The notes beneath the pieces were generated by a model that had not been told where the DNA came from, searched no databases, and was given only the letters and a program-made list of their open reading frames with translations. From Anaerolineae bacterium (GTDB lineage: Bacteria > Chloroflexota > Anaerolineae > S140-20): a stretch of 29,958 bases of DNA. Location: contig JALUTT010000116.1 of assembly GCA_027021705.1 (NCBI GenBank), positions 1 through 29,958 on the forward strand, read 5' to 3'. Positions 26,054-29,958 of this stretch are shown here, piece by piece. The position numbers were made by a program, and so were the translations under genes. Position 1 is the first letter of the stretch. Each line of letters begins with the position of its first letter.

Positions 26054-26800
26054 CTACTTCCCCAACAGCCGGAGGAAAGCCCCCACGATCAGGAACAGGA
26101 TGCTCACCCCCCAGCAGACGAGCCCGCCGATGAAGGTTTGAACCGGCAAGCCGGAGAGGTAGGACACATAAGCTTGGGGCGATCCGGCGTAAAGGGCGCG
26201 GGCGGTGAGCCACTCTTCCCCTTCCCAGGTCCCCTCCAGCGTCAGCGCCTGGCCGGGGAAGTAGCCCACGTAGCGGCGTGCCTCCTGGGAATCCTCCGCC
26301 CCCTCCGCTCCTTCCTCAAAGCGGTGGGCGTTCAGGAAAGCAGCGGTGGGAAGCACCTGCACGGTGATCTCGGTCCCGTCCTCCAGGCGCATAGGCACCG
26401 AGAAGGCTTCCGAAGGCTCCCGCTGCCACCGGGAGGAACGGGTTGTGCCCCTCTCACCATCGCCGGCGGCAGAAGGGTCGGCAACCCGCCGCTCGGTGTA
26501 GAAGAGGGCCAGGCCGTAGGGGCCGGCGGGGGCGTCTTCGGGCAGCCGAGCCGAGAGCAGGATGGACGTCCCCGGGGCCAAGGAGGAGAGCGCTGCCGGC
26601 TCCGGCCGGGGCAGGGCCGCAACCTGGCGCGACCGCCCCCAACTCACGGGGGTGCCGAAGATGACCAGCATCCCCCCCATCAGGCAGCCGAACAGTCCTC
26701 CCAGCAGGAAGAGGAGGGAGATACCCGCCTTACGGCGATGGCGGCCCAGGAGCCACCCCGCCAGGAAGGCCAACTTGGGGTCAGGGGAAGAGCGTGACAA
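26054..26800 (-). CDS. Hypothetical membrane protein
   Basis: N- and C-terminal TM helices flanking a soluble domain; GGAGG RBS upstream of the TTG start. Confidence 0.7.
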   Translation of the reverse strand: MSRSSPDPKLAFLAGWLLGRHRRKAGISLLFLLGGLFGCLMGGMLVIFGTPVSWGRSRQVAALPRPEPAALSSLAPGTSILLSARLPEDAPAGPYGLALFYTERRVADPSAAGDGERGTTRSSRWQREPSEAFSVPMRLEDGTEITVQVLPTAAFLNAHRFEEGAEGAEDSQEARRYVGYFPGQALTLEGTWEGEEWLTARALYAGSPQAYVSYLSGLPVQTFIGGLVCWGVSILFLIVGAFLRLLGK

Positions 26801-26920
26801 AGGACACCTCCGGAAAGGTCTTGGTCCAGCCCGGAATCCAGAAGCACCACGCCCGAAGTTAGACCCCTCACCGCCTGACCGTGGGCTGCTGGCAGGGTGG
26901 CAACGGATGTCAAAAGCACT

Positions 26921-27736
26921 TCAATAGGCAAAGGTATCCACCAGGTTCCCCTGGGAATCCCTTAAGAACGCGACATCGCCGTCGTTGTTCCAGACGGCCT
27001 CGTTCTCCAGCCCCCAGTAGAGGGCTTTTTTCGTATCCCGTCCCTTACCGCTGTAGACGCGCACCTTCTGGCCCGGCTCCAACACGAAGGAGGGGAAGGT
27101 GTAGATGTGGTTGGCCTCGTCCTTGAGGGTGTAACCGGTCAGGTCCACCGGTGCATCCCCCGTGTTCATCAGCTCGATCCACTCCCCGTTGGGGTTCTCT
27201 CGGTCCGAGCCGGGTGCGTCAGCGTTGATCTGGGTGATGCGCACAGAGGCTGTGGAAGCGGCCCAGAGCCCCCGGCCGGCCTCCCGCGCTTCCCGTTCGG
27301 CCTCCCGGAGGAGGGATTCGTACTTCACGTTGGGGGGCACGGTGTAGACGTTGGCGTATCCCTGGCGGACCATCTCCAGGTTGACCATCGTGTCGTCCAC
27401 CCAGACGTAGGCCAGCAAGCGACCGTACTGGTCCATCGTGTCCAGGTCAAACTCCAACCGCACCCGCCGCCCTTCCACCAGTCGGCGGTTGAAGTCGGTG
27501 GCTTCTTCGTAAAAAGGCTGACCGCGCTCCGGCGTGTTGACGCCGATGTAGCGAACCTTGCGCCCATCCTCCAACTCAATGGTATCCCCATCCACCACCC
27601 GGCTGACGCGGACCGTTGGCCCCGCTTCGCCGCCTTGCTTCGTCGGCGCTACCAAGGAACAGGCGGTGAGGAGGAGAAGGAGGAGGAGGAAAAGGGAGAG
27701 GGAGGCTTTCAGAGCAATCCGTCGTTTCGTTCTCAT
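26921..27736 (-). CDS. Thermonuclease (SNase) + lamin-tail-domain lipoprotein
   Basis: Lipobox LTAC; VVDGDTI, VRYIGVNTPE, DQYGRLLAYV, GRGLW; LTD motifs EWIELMN, DLTGYTL, WNNDGD; AGGAG RBS before ATG 27736. Confidence 0.92.
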   Translation of the reverse strand: MRTKRRIALKASLSLFLLLLLLLTACSLVAPTKQGGEAGPTVRVSRVVDGDTIELEDGRKVRYIGVNTPERGQPFYEEATDFNRRLVEGRRVRLEFDLDTMDQYGRLLAYVWVDDTMVNLEMVRQGYANVYTVPPNVKYESLLREAEREAREAGRGLWAASTASVRITQINADAPGSDRENPNGEWIELMNTGDAPVDLTGYTLKDEANHIYTFPSFVLEPGQKVRVYSGKGRDTKKALYWGLENEAVWNNDGDVAFLRDSQGNLVDTFAY

Positions 27737-27776
27737 CGCTGGCTCCTGACGTACCGGGAATTCCGTAGGACTTGGG

Positions 27777-27827
27777 ATTATACGTCGAAACGGGCGACTG
27801 GACAAATGGGCGGAACTGCGGTATACT
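27777..27827. promoter_or_regulatory. Overlapping divergent sigma70 promoters (nuclease and rpsT)
   Basis: Plus strand TGGACA (27799-27804)-17-TATACT (27822-27827); minus strand TTGTCC (27805-27800)-17-TATAAT (27782-27777). Confidence 0.6.
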
Positions 27828-27906
27828 TCGGCCCTGCTACGTCCTGCTACGTAGGAAGGGGACGGCCCCAAAAGCGACGAATCCCGGATGTCAGGAGGGA
27901 AGGAGA

Positions 27907-28194
27907 TTGGCGAACACGAGATCGGCCATCAAACGACTGCGCAGCGCTGAGCGCCGGCGGCTTCGCAACCGCTACTACCGGGGGCGGGCGCGGACCTTCA
28001 TCAAGAAAACGCGCCGCCTGATCGCCGAGGGCAAGCTGGAAGAGGCTCAGGAGATGGCGCGTCTGGCCATCAGCGCCCTGGACAAGGCCGCCGAGAAGGG
28101 GATTATCCACAAGCGCAACGCCGCCCGGCGCAAGTCCCGCTTGATGCACCACCTCAACAAGGCGCTACAGCAGCAGCAGGCTCAACCCCAGTAG
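27907..28194 (+). CDS. rpsT: 30S ribosomal protein S20
   Basis: TTG start; [11 protein letters not shown]...[22 protein letters not shown]. Confidence 0.97.
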   Translation: MANTRSAIKRLRSAERRRLRNRYYRGRARTFIKKTRRLIAEGKLEEAQEMARLAISALDKAAEKGIIHKRNAARRKSRLMHHLNKALQQQQAQPQ

Positions 28195-28309
28195 GTTGGC
28201 CGGGCGCTGAGGGGATCCTTGTCCACCTCCTCTAGCCGATTTATCCTGCTGCGCTGCATTCCACCATCCCTCTCCCCCGAGGCGAGAGGCCGTCGGGTGA
28301 GGGCACGCC

Positions 28310-28338
28310 CCCCTTCGGGTTCCCGGAGGGGTTTTCTT
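28310..28338 (+). terminator. Intrinsic terminator after rpsT
   Basis: CCCCTTCGG-gttc-CCGGAGGGG stem followed by TTTTCTT. Confidence 0.7.
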
Positions 28339-28391
28339 GCTTTGGGGTGGCTCAGCCCCCTTACCGCTCCAAGACCAACTCCCCCGCTACC

Positions 28392-28427
28392 AGAGAAAAG
28401 AGGCCAGGCAGCGTTGCCTGGCCTCTT
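28392..28427 (-). terminator. Intrinsic terminator for the DUF11 gene
   Basis: Perfect 13-bp stem AAGAGGCCAGGCA/TGCCTGGCCTCTT with a U-rich tail on the minus strand. Confidence 0.75.
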
Positions 28428-28466
28428 CGTATCACCTCCTCAAGCGACCAGGGACACCCTTGCACA

Positions 28467-29957
28467 TCACCGACCGCGTATGACGAGCGGCAGGTAGGTG
28501 CTGTAGGGCGGCCGGACCGGTCCGAAGACGTTGTTGTACTCTTCGTACTCCGGCACCAGCGAGTAGGGCCGGGAGGGGTCTTCTCGGAAGTTGTCCACTT
28601 TGACGTAGAAGAACCGAGGCGGGACAGATAGCGGCAAGAAAGCAATGGGGATGGTGACCACTTTGCCCGCCGGAATGGGCTCAACTTTGCTGTAGAACTC
28701 GCCGTACCGATCGTAGGGGTAGGACTGGGGCGGCGGGTCCGGGTTCACGTAGAGGTCCACGAAGAAGGGCGCACAGAAGTCCGGCGGGGAGTCCGGACCG
28801 GGGACCGAGTTGCAGGCCGTGCCGGTCCCCTGGTTCTTGATCACCACCTGGACGACCCCTGCCTGGTTGCCCCAGACCTTCCCTTCCACCACCACGTCCA
28901 CGATGGTCAGGTCCGGCACCCCCAGCGGCGCTACTATCTGGTTGTCCGAAGGCCGGGCCTCGGCCCCGCTGATCCCGCTATCTCCGATGGAGAAGCGGAT
29001 GTCGAAGTTGGTCATCTCTCGGGTGAAGGTCAAGGGCACCTGGATGGCGAACTGCTGGGTGCCTGTCATCCAGGCCGACAGGTCCCCGGTCGCCAGGTAG
29101 AGGACGTCCGCGGACTTGGCCGATTCCTGCCAGAGCGCCCCAGGCCCCACATAGGTCACGGAAGGAGGCTTGGTCGCCGTTAGGACCACCCCCGTCGTGC
29201 CGATGGCGGCGTTGTTGGTGTAGTGGACGGTGAAGGTCACCACCTTGCCCGGATAGGGCGGCGTGTCTATGTAGTCCACGCTGATCTGGAGATCAGGATG
29301 GGTGGTGACTACATCCGTGTCTTGGTCACCGTTGTTATCCGGTGGGTCACCCGGCGTTGGAGTGGTGAGCACCACCGTCGCCGTGAGGAAGCGGGTACCA
29401 GCCAGCAGCGTCTCGTTCACCTTCACAAAGACCTGAGCGGTGTGGTCGGTGTCGGCATCCACCCGGTCCATCTGAAGGAGGACCTGACGGCTGTTGACGA
29501 GGCTGCAAGTGGACCCGGCGACCGGCAGGCAACCATCGAAGCTGCTGTACTCCGGCAGCGTGAAGGTGATGCGCACGCTGTAGGCCGGCCCGTTGCCCGC
29601 GTTACCGTAGTTCAGGCTGTAGGTCAGCCGCTCTCCGACCCCTGCCCCGAGCTGGCCGTCGGACAGGTTCACCCAGAGATCAGGAGCACTGCTGACCGTG
29701 ACGGTGGTCCAGGCCGTGGTGGGGTAACCGTCATCCTGAGCGGCCAAGCGAGCGCTGTTGGTGAGCAGCACGCCGTCATCCAAGTTGTTGGCCACCTTCA
29801 CGACAAGGGTCGCCGTCCCCTGCCCGCCCAAGCGGCCCAGGTCGCCCAATTGCCAGCTCACGATGCCACCGGCGTAGGAGCAGGGAGCCGGCGCACAGCT
29901 CTGGAAGCTGGTGTTGGGGTCCAGCGTGTCCGTCAGGAGCAGCGTATGGGCATCGGC
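28467..29957 (-). CDS. Partial extracellular DUF11/CARDB-like Ig-repeat protein with C-terminal YLPLVIR motif
   Basis: Frame stays open to the window edge; repeated LTYSLNYGNAG / VTFTVHYTN / PDL motifs; PEYEEYNNV; ends in STYLPLVIRGR. Confidence 0.85.
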   Translation of the reverse strand, partial: ADAHTLLLTDTLDPNTSFQSCAPAPCSYAGGIVSWQLGDLGRLGGQGTATLVVKVANNLDDGVLLTNSARLAAQDDGYPTTAWTTVTVSSAPDLWVNLSDGQLGAGVGERLTYSLNYGNAGNGPAYSVRITFTLPEYSSFDGCLPVAGSTCSLVNSRQVLLQMDRVDADTDHTAQVFVKVNETLLAGTRFLTATVVLTTPTPGDPPDNNGDQDTDVVTTHPDLQISVDYIDTPPYPGKVVTFTVHYTNNAAIGTTGVVLTATKPPSVTYVGPGALWQESAKSADVLYLATGDLSAWMTGTQQFAIQVPLTFTREMTNFDIRFSIGDSGISGAEARPSDNQIVAPLGVPDLTIVDVVVEGKVWGNQAGVVQVVIKNQGTGTACNSVPGPDSPPDFCAPFFVDLYVNPDPPPQSYPYDRYGEFYSKVEPIPAGKVVTIPIAFLPLSVPPRFFYVKVDNFREDPSRPYSLVPEYEEYNNVFGPVRPPYSTYLPLVIRGR

Positions 29958-29958
29958 C

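Noticed and set aside
28195..28466. tRNA or other structured ncRNA after rpsT
   Set aside because: No cloverleaf or T-loop signature; the hairpins are explained by two terminators and a REP-like palindrome.

Overview
GC-rich bacterial DNA, probably Chloroflexota/Anaerolineae (inferred from a C-terminal YLPLVIR motif and Pro/Thr-linker lipoproteins). Almost all genes are on the minus strand. (1) 462-6003: LacI-regulated sugar uptake module (LacI, PfkB kinase, ABC binding protein, two permeases) with two identical 14-bp palindromic operators. (2) 6259-25661: long Lrp/AsnC-headed amine/polyamine catabolic cluster with a PotDABC-like ABC transporter, three class III aminotransferases, an ornithine cyclodeaminase-family enzyme, two saccharopine dehydrogenase-like enzymes, CoA-acylating (methyl)malonate-semialdehyde dehydrogenase, a ferritin-like protein and aldehyde:ferredoxin oxidoreductase. 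It is interrupted by two PIN toxin-antitoxin pairs and by the most striking feature: a ~1.75-kb cassette in which a GxxExxY PD-(D/E)XK nuclease-fold gene sits between two co-oriented arrays of 131/132-bp hairpin-forming tandem repeats (~10 units). The cassette is bounded by CTAG, and its removal restores a tight stop/RBS junction. (3) 26054-29958: membrane protein, thermonuclease-lamin-tail lipoprotein, rpsT and a partial DUF11-repeat surface protein. Intergenic regions carry several other REP-like palindromic and short-period repeat families.
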